A stretch of 64,000 nt of DNA from Terriglobia bacterium (GCA_965198225.1 CBDAOY010000009.1:512001-576000), one strand, 5' to 3'; counted from the stretch's first letter, positions 1 to 10,215 are shown. Notes: generated by a model not told the origin, from the letters alone. Made by a program: numbers and translations.

Positions 1-923
1 TTCAATCGGTAGAACAGGTCTTCTCGGAATGTACCCTCACGGACCATTTCCTCTAGGTTGGCACTCGTAGCCGCGACGATCCGGACATCGATCTTGATCG
101 TCGAGTTGCCGCCAACCCTCTCGAATTCCCGCTCCTGGAGGACCCGCAGCAGCTTGATTTGCAGCGTCTGCGGCATGTTCCCGATTTCGTCCAGGAACAG
201 GGTGCCTCCGTTGGCCTGCTCGAATCGCCCGATCCGCGTCTGGATCGCACCGGTGAAAGCGCCCTTGACGTGACCGAAAAGTTCTGATTCTAAAAGCGTT
301 TCCGGGATTGCGCCACAATTGATACTGACTAGTTTCTGGTCGCGGCGAGGGCTGTTGAAATGGATGGCCCTGGCGATCAATTCCTTGCCCGTGCCGGTTT
401 CACCCTGGATCAGGACGGTGGTGTTCAAGCCGGCAACGGTCTCGATCAATTCGAAGATCTCTTTCATCGGCCGGCCGGTGCCGACCATATTGTCGAACGA
501 GTACTTTTCCTTCAACTGGCGGCGCAGGTACTGGTTTTCGAAACGTAACTGCCTTTGACGCAGTCCTTTACGTACCCGCAAGGGAAGTTCGATGAGCTTG
601 AACGGTTTGGTCAGGTAGTCGTGCGCACCCTTCTTGATGGCCTGGACGGCGGTCTCGATGGATGCGTGGCCGGTGATCACCAGGCCGATCGTCTCTGGAT
701 ACTTGGCGAGAGCTTCGTCGAGGAGTTCGACGCCGTTCCTGCCGGGTAGCATAAGATCAGTGATTAGTACGTCGTATGGGACTTGCGCCAGTTTTTCGGC
801 CGCCTCCTCGGCCGATCCCGCAGAATCGACCTCGAACCCATCAAGCGTCAAGATTTCGACTATGGCTTGACGAAGCTCCGCTTCGTCATCGACCACAAGT
901 ATCTGAATATTCGATACTTCCAT
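1..923 (-). CDS. Sigma54-dependent response regulator (REC + AAA+, NtrC family), probable flagellar master regulator; 3' end runs off the window
   Basis: Read manually (not in the ORF track): [14 protein letters not shown]...ITDLMLPG...[10 protein letters not shown]...[18 protein letters not shown]...[10 protein letters not shown]...[10 protein letters not shown]...[17 protein letters not shown] upstream of ATG at 923. Confidence 0.9.
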   Translation of the reverse strand, partial: MEVSNIQILVVDDEAELRQAIVEILTLDGFEVDSAGSAEEAAEKLAQVPYDVLITDLMLPGRNGVELLDEALAKYPETIGLVITGHASIETAVQAIKKGAHDYLTKPFKLIELPLRVRKGLRQRQLRFENQYLRRQLKEKYSFDNMVGTGRPMKEIFELIETVAGLNTTVLIQGETGTGKELIARAIHFNSPRRDQKLVSINCGAIPETLLESELFGHVKGAFTGAIQTRIGRFEQANGGTLFLDEIGNMPQTLQIKLLRVLQEREFERVGGNSTIKIDVRIVAATSANLEEMVREGTFREDLFYRL

Positions 924-976
924 ATCTATAGCGCCTCCTGCGTCAAATATTTGAACCGATTATAGGAACAGTGACA

Positions 977-1004
977 TAAAGTTTTCAACAGAATATGCCG
1001 AAGA
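977..1004 (+). promoter_or_regulatory. Sigma28 (FliA)-type promoter for the stand-alone receiver gene
   Basis: TAAA(GTTT)-N16-GCCGAAGA, with the same 16-nt spacing as the flagellin promoters in this window. Confidence 0.65.
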
Positions 1005-1014
1005 AAAGAGACGT

Positions 1015-1572
1015 ATGCGCCCATTGAGTGAATTCCGACCGGAAAAGACCCGGATGCTGATCGTCGACGACGATGCCGACCTCCGCGTAACCCTCGCCGA
1101 CTACTTCGAAAGCAGGGGGTTCAATGTCGTGTCAGCACGTTGTGGAGCCGATGCCGTCGAACTGCTGGCCTCTCGCAGTACGCAGTTCGATATTGTCCTG
1201 ACCGATCTGGTGATGCCGGGGGTCGACGGGCTCGCCGTGCTGAAAGCGGCAAAGCAAGTCAACCCCCTGGTGCACGTTGTCGTCATGACTGGGTATTCGT
1301 CCTTGAAAACGGCAATCGAGTCCATTCGTTGCGGCGCGTTCGATTATCTGGCCAAACCGTTCGAGCTGGTCGAGATCGAGATCGTTGTCAATCGGATCAT
1401 CGAACACCAGCTTCTCGCGGCCGAAAACCAGCGGCTCAGCCGCAAGCTTTCCGTGCTCTCCGAACGGGCTCGCTCCGTCGAATCCCGTCTGGATGCAATC
1501 GAAACTTCACTAAGCAGGCTCATTGCCATTCTTGACAAGAGCGACAAAACGTTGACACAGTTGAAGATTTGA
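1015..1572 (+). CDS. Response regulator: receiver domain plus C-terminal coiled coil, no output domain
   Basis: LIVDDD, TDLVMPG (phospho-Asp), MTGY and DYLAKPF motifs; heptad-like C-terminus. Confidence 0.85.
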   Translation: MRPLSEFRPEKTRMLIVDDDADLRVTLADYFESRGFNVVSARCGADAVELLASRSTQFDIVLTDLVMPGVDGLAVLKAAKQVNPLVHVVVMTGYSSLKTAIESIRCGAFDYLAKPFELVEIEIVVNRIIEHQLLAAENQRLSRKLSVLSERARSVESRLDAIETSLSRLIAILDKSDKTLTQLKI

Positions 1573-1642
1573 CACCTTAGCCACCTTTTTGGCCTGTCAA
1601 CATCCTGTCATCCAGCCACGGGGGTCATGTCAACTGGCTGAC
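1543..1642. promoter_or_regulatory. Cluster of GTCA-N6-TGAC-like boxes (candidate enhancer for a sigma54 activator)
   Basis: Perfect GTCAactggcTGAC at 1629-1642; near matches at 1543, 1580 and 1596. Lies ~140-240 bp upstream of the -24/-12 element and resembles FleQ-type sites. Confidence 0.5.
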
Positions 1643-1778
1643 TTTTTCCGCGCTTTCCGGCGGTTCCGCCACTGACTTCGGAAGTCGTCTGAGCTAGGAA
1701 AAAGTTGCCTCAAGCGCCTGATCTGCCTACCCGAAGGTGACTGGTTCAGATCCGCCGGCCCTTTGCCTGCCGCCCTCT

Positions 1779-1794
1779 TGGCACGCAAGCTGCA
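1779..1794 (+). promoter_or_regulatory. Sigma54 promoter (-24/-12) of the flgS-flgR-flgB...fliK operon
   Basis: TGGCAC-GCAAG-CTGCA (GG-N10-GC). Confidence 0.8.
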
Positions 1795-1806
1795 ATAGTC
1801 GCCGGC

Positions 1807-2694
1807 ATGACGGATCGACGCAGTGAGGCTTCCTCCGCACACCTGAAAGGCCTCGAAGATCTCATCGACAAGTTTCAGGAGACGTCGCACTCCCTGGAGC
1901 GGTCCTACAGTCAACTCCAGGATCGGGTGCGTACGCTGTCCGCCGAACTCGACGAGGAACGCGAGCAGCGGATCCGCTTCGAGCGCCTGGCCGCGATGGG
2001 AGAGCTGGCGATGGAGCTCGCGCACGAGATTCGGAATCCGCTGGGCAGCATCGAACTCTACGCGTCCATGATCCAGGGTCCTCACGCCGAACAGATCGTC
2101 CGAGGCGTTCAGCTCCTCAACCATTCCGTCACCAACATCCTACAGTTCGGACAACCGATCCATCCGAAGCCGGAGGAAATCGTGGTCGACGACCTCGTCG
2201 AGGGCGTTCGGGACTTTCTAGGTCCCCTCGCAGACCAGAAGGGAATTCGGATCTCGTCAAGAGTTGAGGCAGGCTGCAGGGGCGTAGGAGACTACGAGTT
2301 GCTCCACCGGATGCTGCTGAACCTGGTGTTGAACGCACTGCGAGAGACCCCCAGTGGGGGATCCATTCGACTCGAGGCGGAGCACCTTTCAGGCCACTTC
2401 AGGCTCGTTGTCGAAGACGACGGTCCGGGGATTCCGCCCGAGATCGTGGCAAAGATTTTCGATCCGATGTTCTCTGCCAGTAAGAGTGGTCGCGGGCTGG
2501 GTCTGCCGATCGTGAAGCGCATCGTCGAAGCGCATCTGGGTAGCATTTCGGTGGAATCCTCGGATCGGGGCACGCGATTCGAGATCTGTCTCAAGACCCC
2601 GCGAACCGGGACGTCCCGCGTCAAACGAAAACACTATCGTCCCCAGCATCGGGTGACGCCGACCGCGACGGCGGCAAGAGGCGCGGCGGTTTGA
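1807..2694 (+). CDS. Cytoplasmic sensor histidine kinase, FlgS/FleS/FlrB-like
   Basis: H-box LAHEIRNPL, N-box NLVLNA, DDGPGI, FDPMF, GRGLGL; no transmembrane segment; directly upstream of a sigma54 regulator and flgB. Confidence 0.85.
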   Translation: MTDRRSEASSAHLKGLEDLIDKFQETSHSLERSYSQLQDRVRTLSAELDEEREQRIRFERLAAMGELAMELAHEIRNPLGSIELYASMIQGPHAEQIVRGVQLLNHSVTNILQFGQPIHPKPEEIVVDDLVEGVRDFLGPLADQKGIRISSRVEAGCRGVGDYELLHRMLLNLVLNALRETPSGGSIRLEAEHLSGHFRLVVEDDGPGIPPEIVAKIFDPMFSASKSGRGLGLPIVKRIVEAHLGSISVESSDRGTRFEICLKTPRTGTSRVKRKHYRPQHRVTPTATAARGAAV

Positions 2695-2710
2695 AGAGCA
2701 GGAGGTTCCA

Positions 2711-4018
2711 GTGAGTCGGTTGATGGTTGTTGATGATGACATTCAAATGCTGTCGGCGTTGGAAGCTGCTCTCATTAGCCGCGGACACGAGGTGGAAAAG
2801 GCTTCGAACGGCATCGATGCGGTCCAGAAGCTCAAAGCCCGGTTGCCCCGGGCTATCATCACGGATCTACGGATGCCGGCGATGGACGGCCTCGAGCTGC
2901 TCGAACACGTCCGCCGAACGAGCCCCGACCTCCCCGTAATCCTGCTCTCCGCATACGGAAGCGTCCCCACCGCCGTGGATGCCATGCGGAACGGCGCGAT
3001 GGATTTTCTTGTGAAACCGTTCTCACAGGAGGCGCTCGATCGAGTGCTGGCGCGGCTTCCAAAGACTAACACCCAACCGGCGCTCCCGAAGAAGACCGAG
3101 ATCATCAGCGAGAACCGCCACATGAAAAAACTGCTTGCTGATGCCGCCCAAGCGGCCCGGACGGACGCGACGGTCCTGGTTCAGGCCGAGAGCGGAACTG
3201 GCAAGGAACTGTTGGCGCGCTGGATTCACGAAAGCAGCAACAGATGCAAGGGGCCGTTTGTCGCGGTTAATTGCGCCGCTCTTCCCGACAACCTCCTGGA
3301 ATCGGAACTGTTCGGATACGAAAAGGGTGCCTTCACCGGCGCCAACACTCTGAAGCTGGGTAAATTCGAACTTGCGCAGCAGGGCACGATTCTGCTCGAC
3401 GAGATCGGCGAGATGGCGCCCCTGCTCCAGGCAAAGCTTTTGCGAGTCCTCCAGGAGCAGGAAGTCGATCGGGTGGGCGGCAAGAAACCGGTTCCGATCA
3501 GCGTCAGGGTCATTGCAACCACCAACAAGGACTTGAAGAAGTTGATCAGCCGCGGCCAGTTCCGCGAAGACCTGTTCTTCAGGCTGAACGTGGTGCCGCT
3601 GCGAATCCTCCCTCTGCGGGACCGAAGGGACGACATCGCCGTCCTTACAGCGCACTTTGCCAACAAATACGGGGGCGCAACCGACCCAAGCGTCAACGAC
3701 GAATCGCTGAAGGTCCTCACCGGTTTTGGTTGGCCGGGCAACGTCCGGGAACTCGAGAACGTGATCCATCGATCCTATGCCCTGCGCGGGCGCTTGCAGA
3801 TCACGCCGGCGGATCTGTTCGACCAGGCGGTCGACACCGGAGCCGGCCTGCAACTGCAGGCCGGCTACTCGGTCAGTGAGATGGAACGAAAGCTGATTCT
3901 GGCCACGTTGGACCAAACCGACGGGAACCGCACCCACGCTGCAAAGCTGCTCGGGATATCGCTTCGGACGCTACGCAACAAGCTGAAAGAATATCGACTT
4001 GAGGAAGCAACAGCATGA
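2711..4018 (+). CDS. Sigma54-dependent response regulator, FlgR/FleR/FlrC-like
   Basis: REC + AESGTGKE + GAFTGA + WPGNVRELEN + Fis-type HTH (GNRTHAAKLLGISLRTLRNKL). Confidence 0.9.
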   Translation: MSRLMVVDDDIQMLSALEAALISRGHEVEKASNGIDAVQKLKARLPRAIITDLRMPAMDGLELLEHVRRTSPDLPVILLSAYGSVPTAVDAMRNGAMDFLVKPFSQEALDRVLARLPKTNTQPALPKKTEIISENRHMKKLLADAAQAARTDATVLVQAESGTGKELLARWIHESSNRCKGPFVAVNCAALPDNLLESELFGYEKGAFTGANTLKLGKFELAQQGTILLDEIGEMAPLLQAKLLRVLQEQEVDRVGGKKPVPISVRVIATTNKDLKKLISRGQFREDLFFRLNVVPLRILPLRDRRDDIAVLTAHFANKYGGATDPSVNDESLKVLTGFGWPGNVRELENVIHRSYALRGRLQITPADLFDQAVDTGAGLQLQAGYSVSEMERKLILATLDQTDGNRTHAAKLLGISLRTLRNKLKEYRLEEATA

Positions 4019-4389
4019 TCGACAGTAGCTTCATGAACTTCATCGAGAGCCAACTCTCCGTCGCTTCCAAGCGACAGCAGGTGCTGTCTGCAAACATCGC
4101 AAACGTCGACACGCCCGACTACCGGGCTCAGGACGTGACATTCGAAGAACGGCTGGAAACGCTCAACATGGTTGGCACCGCTGGCAGCCACATGACCAGT
4201 GCCGGAAAGGGCACCGGCTTTCGGATGTTCGACGTCGACACGGAGCCCAAGCCGAACGGGAACACCGTCGATCTCGACCGGGAACTGACCGAGGTAACCA
4301 AAAACGGGTTGCAGTTCGTCACCTTGATGCAGTTTCTGCAGAACAAGATGCGGACTCTTCGGTCCAGCATCACCGATGGAGGTGCTTGA
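4015..4389 (+). CDS. flgB: Flagellar basal-body rod protein FlgB
   Basis: RQQVLSANIANVDTPDYRAQD and NGNTVDLDRE motifs; position before flgC. Confidence 0.95.
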   Translation: MIDSSFMNFIESQLSVASKRQQVLSANIANVDTPDYRAQDVTFEERLETLNMVGTAGSHMTSAGKGTGFRMFDVDTEPKPNGNTVDLDRELTEVTKNGLQFVTLMQFLQNKMRTLRSSITDGGA

Positions 4390-4817
4390 TGAGCCTACTG
4401 ACCGCGATTGACATCAATGCGAGTGGAATGTCGGCACAGCGCCAGCGGGTCGAGGTGTCCACCACGAACCTGGCCAACGCACGCACGACGCGCACGGAAG
4501 AAGGCGGCCCTTACCGCCGCCAGGACGTCGTTTTCAAAGCGACGCCGTTCGAGAAAACGCTGAATGCCGCCAGAGGTGGATGGTCCCCCAGGGGAGTCGA
4601 AGTCGTGGAGGTCGTCGACGACCCGACCGATTTCATCCGAAGCTTCGAACCGGGCCACCCGGACGCCGACGAAGAGGGGTACGTCCTGTACCCGAACGTC
4701 AGCACGATGCGGGAAATGGCCAACCTGGCCAGCGCTTCGCGCAGCTATCAGGCCAACATCTCCGCGATCAGCGTGCTCAAGACGATGATTCAACGGACTC
4801 TGGATCTCGGACGATGA
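4389..4817 (+). CDS. flgC: Flagellar basal-body rod protein FlgC
   Basis: NLANARTTRT..GGPYRR, PGHPDADEEGYVLYPNV, ASRSYQAN. Confidence 0.95.
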   Translation: MSLLTAIDINASGMSAQRQRVEVSTTNLANARTTRTEEGGPYRRQDVVFKATPFEKTLNAARGGWSPRGVEVVEVVDDPTDFIRSFEPGHPDADEEGYVLYPNVSTMREMANLASASRSYQANISAISVLKTMIQRTLDLGR

Positions 4818-5104
4818 GTGATTTCAAGCTTTATAACGACCTGCAGAAGCTCGTTCAGCCCACGCCTCTGAAACAGAAGCCTTCGGAGGGCGAGTTCGGC
4901 AACTTACTCAAGGAAGCCGTCGACCAGGTGAACAAACTGGAAGAAGGGTCGAACGTGGAGCTGCAGAAGTTCTTGAACAACGAAGCCGACCTGCACTCGG
5001 TGATGATCGCCCTGGAAAAAGCCGACCTTTCCTTCCAGATGATGATGCAGGTTCGAAACAAGATCGTTCAGGCCTACCAGGAGCTCATGAGGGCTCAGGT
5101 CTAG
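4814..5104 (+). CDS. fliE: Flagellar hook-basal body protein FliE
   Basis: MSDFKL...DLHSVMIALEKADLSFQMMMQVRNKIVQAYQELMRAQV; ATG overlaps the flgC stop. Confidence 0.95.
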   Translation: MSDFKLYNDLQKLVQPTPLKQKPSEGEFGNLLKEAVDQVNKLEEGSNVELQKFLNNEADLHSVMIALEKADLSFQMMMQVRNKIVQAYQELMRAQV

Positions 5105-5165
5105 GGAACGACAACCCTCGACGGGGGAACGACGACCCGACGTACGAATCCTGACTTGCTGAACT

Positions 5166-6980
5166 ATGGCTGCACCTTCTAGCATCGATCAAATCAAAGA
5201 TTGGTTGAACAGCTACACCCTGTCGCAGAAAGTCGCGATCATCGGTTCCGCGGCATCCGTCATCGTCCTGCTCTGGACTTTGGTGTACTTCGTTAACCAG
5301 GTGGACTACCAGGTTTTGTATTCCGAGCTGGATCCATCCGATGCCCAGGACGTCGTTCAACGACTGCAGGGTATGTCGGTCGAATACCGCCTGTCCGATG
5401 ACGGCGCCACGGTGCGCGTTCCCCGCGACAAGCTGTCCGAGATTCGGATTCAGCTCGCCAGCGAAGGATTGCCCCAGTCGGGACGCATCGGTTTTGAGAT
5501 CTTCGACCGGACGAACTTCGGTCTGACGAACTTCCAGGAACAGGTGAACTTCCAGCGAGCTCTGGAAGGCGAGCTCGCGCGAAGCATCTCGACCCTGTCG
5601 GAAGTGGAAGTCGCCCGGGTTCACCTTGTCCTGTCCGCTAAATCGTTGTTCAAGTCGGACGCAGATCAGACCAAGGCATCGGTAATCCTGCGTCTCCGTC
5701 GTGGTCGGTCGCTTGCCGACTCATCCGTAAACGGGATCGTTCACATGGTGGCCAGCGCGGTCAAGGGGCTGGAGCCGGCCAAGGTGACCGTCATCGATTT
5801 CGCGGGACGGATCCTGTCGAAAAACGACGATTCCGGCCCGATGTCTGGCCGGCAGCTGGAAACACGACTGACGATCGAGTCCGAACTGGCCGAAAAGATC
5901 ACGCGCATACTGGAGCCTGTGGTCGGTGTCGGGAAAGTGCGGCCCCAGGTATCGGTGGTGATGGACTGGCAGCAGGTCGAAGAGACTGTCGAGCAGTACG
6001 ACCCCAACTCGTCCGTGATCCGATCCCAGCAGATCCGCACCGAGCGGACTCCCGGCGACAACCAGGCCATCGGCATTCCGGGTCCCCAGGGCCAACCGAT
6101 CGACCCCGCCGTAGCGCCGGGGCAGCCAGGCGAAGGGGACTACGTCAGCGAGAACGAGGTCGTCAACTACGAGGTTTCCAAGTCCGTTCGGCATGTCGTA
6201 AACCCTGTCGGGGAAATCCTGAGCATGTCGGTCGCGGTGATCCTCGACAACAAGACGACGATTGAAGTCGACGACGAGGGTGTCGCAACGCCCCTGTCGG
6301 AGCCCTGGGGGCAGCAGGAAATGACCAAGTACCGCGATCTGGTGGCCGCCACCGTCGGCTTCAACGCGAATCGCGGAGACTCGCTCATCATCGAGAACGT
6401 CTCGTTCGGCAATGAAGCGTTGCCAATCACCCCGCCCACGATGCTGGAGCAGCAGGCGCCCTTGATTCTGACGGCGCTCCGGTACCTGATCATCCCGGTC
6501 GTGTTCCTGTTCGTCTACCTGTTGTTCCTGCGACCGTTGCAGAAGACGATATTCGCCAACTGGGAGCCGCGCCCGCAGCTGGCCGCGGCGGCCGCCGCCG
6601 GTGATTTCGGCGCGACGATCCAGACACCGGTGTCGGTCCAGCAGCTTGAAGAACAACTGAATTCAGCCCCGCTGCCGACGGTTCCCGGTCAGGCCCAGGC
6701 CCTGCCGGCCCAGGTCGGTATGCCGGCTCCAGCCAGCGTTCCGGCACCTGCCGGCATCGACGCGAACAGCATCCCGTCGATCGCGTCGGCCAGGGGCCCA
6801 GAGACGAACACTATCCCGCCGATTGTGTCGGCTGACGGGACGCCGGAACGTGAGTTCCTGCCCTTGCCGACGTCCAACAAGGTGGATCTGATCCGATCGC
6901 GCGTGGTCGAACACGCCAAACGGGAACCCGAAACTGTCGCACGCCTCGTTCGCGTGTGGCTGAACGAAGACAAACAGTAG
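5166..6980 (+). CDS. fliF: MS-ring protein FliF
   Basis: Two TM segments, GFEIFD, RALEGELARSI, ARVHLV; C-terminal PETVARLVRVWL; Pro/Ala-rich insertion near the C-terminus. Confidence 0.95.
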   Translation: MAAPSSIDQIKDWLNSYTLSQKVAIIGSAASVIVLLWTLVYFVNQVDYQVLYSELDPSDAQDVVQRLQGMSVEYRLSDDGATVRVPRDKLSEIRIQLASEGLPQSGRIGFEIFDRTNFGLTNFQEQVNFQRALEGELARSISTLSEVEVARVHLVLSAKSLFKSDADQTKASVILRLRRGRSLADSSVNGIVHMVASAVKGLEPAKVTVIDFAGRILSKNDDSGPMSGRQLETRLTIESELAEKITRILEPVVGVGKVRPQVSVVMDWQQVEETVEQYDPNSSVIRSQQIRTERTPGDNQAIGIPGPQGQPIDPAVAPGQPGEGDYVSENEVVNYEVSKSVRHVVNPVGEILSMSVAVILDNKTTIEVDDEGVATPLSEPWGQQEMTKYRDLVAATVGFNANRGDSLIIENVSFGNEALPITPPTMLEQQAPLILTALRYLIIPVVFLFVYLLFLRPLQKTIFANWEPRPQLAAAAAAGDFGATIQTPVSVQQLEEQLNSAPLPTVPGQAQALPAQVGMPAPASVPAPAGIDANSIPSIASARGPETNTIPPIVSADGTPEREFLPLPTSNKVDLIRSRVVEHAKREPETVARLVRVWLNEDKQ

Positions 6981-6984
6981 TTAA

Positions 6985-7159
6985 GCCCGGATTATTCATG
7001 AATTGTCTACTGCAGCGGCGGATACACTCGCAGATACGGCGTTGCGCTCGGTCGGCCTCCTCGGCGTATTGTCATATACGCCTGCGGGGGCCTCGGTCGC
7101 GCGCCTTGTCTCTGCGGCGTCTCCACCGCTTCGCGACGACAACCACGAATAACCCGGGC
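6985..7159. mobile_element. ~175-bp palindromic MITE-like intergenic element
   Basis: Terminal inverted repeats GCCCGGATTATTC / GAATAACCCGGGC (12/13 match); internal nested stems around GGCGTATTGTCATATACGCC; related copy at 12451-12605. Confidence 0.6.
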
Positions 7160-7185
7160 CTTAGGACAGAGGGCGCAGGTTAGAT

Positions 7186-8184
7186 ATGGGTGGAGACGCA
7201 CAAAAAGCCGCATCGATGTTCGTTCTGCTGGGCGAAGAAACCGCCTCCGGCGTGATGGCCCATCTGAACGAGTCCGAGATTGAACAGTTATCGAAGGAAA
7301 TCTCCAACGTCGGTCCGATCTCGGCCGACCAGGCCGAAGCGAACGCCGAAGAGCTGTACCAGATGCTCGTGGCGAACCGCTTCGTGTCCGAGGGCGGCGT
7401 GGACTACGCCAGAAAGGTCATCCTGAAGACCCTGGGCGCGGGCTCCGCCAAGCGAATCATCGACAGGTTGTCATCCAGTTATGCCAGCTACAACGCCTTC
7501 CAGTCGATCGACAAAGTCAACCCGATCCAGCTAGCGCAGTTCATCCAGCACGAACACCCGCAGACGATCTCTTTGATCCTGGCCCATCTGGGCCCCAGAG
7601 CCGCCGCGGAACTTCTGGAATCGCTGCCTGAGGACATCCAGGCCGAGGTCGCCATCCGGATGGCAAACATGGAGGAGATCTCGCCCGACGTGATCGGCGG
7701 AGTTGCTTCCGTGCTGGAGGAAAAGCTCAAACCGGTGGGCAATTACGGAGACGGAGAGGGATTCGGCGGCATCCGGGCCGTGGCGGAAATGTTCAACCGC
7801 CTCGACCGCCGGATGAGCCGGACCGTGCTCGAGCAGATCGATACGACGACCCCGGAGATTGCGAACTCCATCCGGCAGTTGATGTTCATCTTTGAAGACA
7901 TTTCGACACTCGACGACACCGCGATGCGGGAAATCCTGCAGCGCGTCGACAAGAAGACGATCGGTCAGGCGTTGAAGGGCACCATCCCGGAACTCCAGAA
8001 TCAGTTCTTCCGCAACATGTCGCAACGCGCGGTAGAGATGTTGAAGGAAGAGATGGAGATCATGGGACCGATGAAGATGCGCGATGTCCACGCCGCTCAG
8101 CAGCGCATCGTCGAAATCGTCCGACAGCTCGAGGACGAGGGTGTCATCGCCATCGGTGGAGGTTCCGACGAGTATGTCCTCTAG
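7186..8184 (+). CDS. fliG: Flagellar motor switch protein FliG
   Basis: KAA..LLG, EGGVDYA, EHPQTISLILAHL, GGIRAVAEM, MFIFEDI, NMSQRA. Confidence 0.97.
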   Translation: MGGDAQKAASMFVLLGEETASGVMAHLNESEIEQLSKEISNVGPISADQAEANAEELYQMLVANRFVSEGGVDYARKVILKTLGAGSAKRIIDRLSSSYASYNAFQSIDKVNPIQLAQFIQHEHPQTISLILAHLGPRAAAELLESLPEDIQAEVAIRMANMEEISPDVIGGVASVLEEKLKPVGNYGDGEGFGGIRAVAEMFNRLDRRMSRTVLEQIDTTTPEIANSIRQLMFIFEDISTLDDTAMREILQRVDKKTIGQALKGTIPELQNQFFRNMSQRAVEMLKEEMEIMGPMKMRDVHAAQQRIVEIVRQLEDEGVIAIGGGSDEYVL

Positions 8185-8752
8185 GATCATCCGCGGCGCC
8201 GAGCGCGTCAAGAAGCCCAGGATCAGCCCGCCGCCCGGAGGCGTGGGTGGGCTGCCCCAGGACCACGTGATGACGGTCGAGAAACAGGCGTTCGAGAAGG
8301 GCTACCACGAAGGCGAACGAATGGGTAAACAGATGGGCGAGCAGATGATCGGAACGGTCGTCAAGCGTTACGACCAGAGTATTGTCCAGTTCGCGATTTC
8401 GCACAAATCCCTGGTCGAGTCGATGGAACTGGAAACCGTCCGGCTGGCGCTGGAGATCGCGAAGACGATATTGGAGCGGGAAGTCTCTACGGACCCGGAC
8501 GTCGTCAGCGCGCTGGCCACTCTGGCGCTGAAACGACTCGAGGGTCATCACGAGATTGCGCTGAAGGTCAGTTCGGACGACCTGGAGCGTGTCCGGGCCG
8601 CCATCGAGCACATCAATCCCGCGGTGAGTGTGGTTCCCGAACCCACGCTCGAGCGGGGTGACTTCCTCATCGACACGAGCAAGACGCACCTGGATGGGCG
8701 GATGATGAGCCGCATCAACGGCATCGGCCGCGTGCTGCTCGAACAATCCTGA
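8174..8752 (+). CDS. fliH: Flagellar assembly protein FliH
   Basis: AFEKGYHEG...G...G repeats and LERGDFLIDT; lies between fliG and fliI. Confidence 0.85.
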   Translation: MSSRIIRGAERVKKPRISPPPGGVGGLPQDHVMTVEKQAFEKGYHEGERMGKQMGEQMIGTVVKRYDQSIVQFAISHKSLVESMELETVRLALEIAKTILEREVSTDPDVVSALATLALKRLEGHHEIALKVSSDDLERVRAAIEHINPAVSVVPEPTLERGDFLIDTSKTHLDGRMMSRINGIGRVLLEQS

Positions 8753-8767
8753 AGAACCGCCGGGCTC

Positions 8768-10111
8768 ATGCCGAACCAGTTTGCCAAAGATTTGAACCTT
8801 GCCGAGCGCTACTCTCGCCTCGCCGAACTGGATTCGCTGATCGAATTCGGAGTCATCGACAAGGTGGTCGGTAACTCCATCGAATCCCATGGCCCGAACG
8901 CGACGACCGGCTCCATCTGCTGGGCTGAGAGCGGCGGGATAAAGATCCCGCTGGAAGTCGTCGGTTTCAACGAGGGCAAAGTGATCACGATGCCGCTCGG
9001 CAAGCTCGAAAGCGTCAAGCAGGGTGACCGTGTCTACGCGTCGGGCCGCGTCGCCACCGTCGGTGTCGGAGAAGAGTTGCTGGGTCGGGTCCTGGACGGC
9101 CTCGGTCGTCCAATCGACGAACGACCACTGCCCACCAGTCTGGGCGAGCAGGCGTTGTATGCCGAGCCGTCGAATCCGCTGACTCGAGACCCGATCCGAG
9201 ATCCTATTCAGACCGGTATTCGATCCATAGACGGATTGCTCACCTGTGGCATGGGCCAGCGAGTCGGGATCTTCGGCGGAAGTGGCGTGGGCAAGAGTAC
9301 CCTGCTGGGCATGATCGCCCGGTACACCAGCGCCGACCTCAACGTGATTGCGATGGTCGGCGAGCGAGGCCGCGAGGTCCGCGAGTTTATCGAGAACGAC
9401 CTCGGTGAAGACGGTCTGAAGCGGTCCGTCGTCTTTGTGTCGACCTCGGACCAGCCGGCGCTGGTGCGCATCCGCGCCGCGTTCGCGGCGACCGCGGCGG
9501 CCGAGTACTTCCAGAGGCAGGGGCACAACGTGCTGTTGATGATGGACTCGGTGACCCGGTTCGCGATGGCACAGCGAGAGGTGGGACTGGCAGCGGGAGA
9601 ACCGCCGTCGACGAAAGGGTACACGCCGTCGGTCTTTTCGCTGCTTCCCAGGCTTCTGGAGCGGGCGGGCAAGTTCGACGAGGGTAGCATCACCGCTTTC
9701 TACACGGTCCTGGTCGAAGGCGATGACATGAACGACCCGATCGCCGATTCGGTCCGCGCGATCCTGGACGGGCACATCGTGCTGGACCGCGAAATGGCCT
9801 CGAGGGGTCATTACCCGTGCATCGACCTGCTCTCCAGTAACAGCCGGCTCATGATGCAGATGGTGGACGCCCAACACCAGGCATCCGCAACCGAGATCCG
9901 AGACCTGCTCGGCACGCACAAGAAGGCGGAGGACTTGATCCAGATCGGCGCCTACAAGAGGGGTTCGAACCCACGCGTGGACACGGCGATCGACCGCCTC
10001 GATTCCATCAACGGCTTCCTGAAGCAGCCGGCCGAGGAGCGAGCCGACCTCGAGAGCACGCGTTCGAGTCTCCTCGAACTGGCGGCGGTGGGGCCCGAAG
10101 GGCCCCAGTAG
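8768..10111 (+). CDS. fliI: Flagellar export ATPase FliI
   Basis: GGSGVGKSTLLG, GERGREVREF, DSVTRFAMAQRE, GEPP.TKGY. Confidence 0.97.
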   Translation: MPNQFAKDLNLAERYSRLAELDSLIEFGVIDKVVGNSIESHGPNATTGSICWAESGGIKIPLEVVGFNEGKVITMPLGKLESVKQGDRVYASGRVATVGVGEELLGRVLDGLGRPIDERPLPTSLGEQALYAEPSNPLTRDPIRDPIQTGIRSIDGLLTCGMGQRVGIFGGSGVGKSTLLGMIARYTSADLNVIAMVGERGREVREFIENDLGEDGLKRSVVFVSTSDQPALVRIRAAFAATAAAEYFQRQGHNVLLMMDSVTRFAMAQREVGLAAGEPPSTKGYTPSVFSLLPRLLERAGKFDEGSITAFYTVLVEGDDMNDPIADSVRAILDGHIVLDREMASRGHYPCIDLLSSNSRLMMQMVDAQHQASATEIRDLLGTHKKAEDLIQIGAYKRGSNPRVDTAIDRLDSINGFLKQPAEERADLESTRSSLLELAAVGPEGPQ

Positions 10112-10215
10112 GCCGTTTGGGGTCCTGCGGACCCGCGTAGGCCGTTGCCCGTTGAAGAAGAGCGGTGAACTCAGGGTAGTCTCAACGGACGCCGGCCTAC
10201 GGCCTGCTTCGTCCA

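Noticed and set aside
8144-9919. Long antisense ORFs (591 aa here; also 19726-21327, 10309-11703 and others)
   Set aside because: Shadow frames of GC-rich genes (fliI, flhA, fliK); no motifs or RBS.
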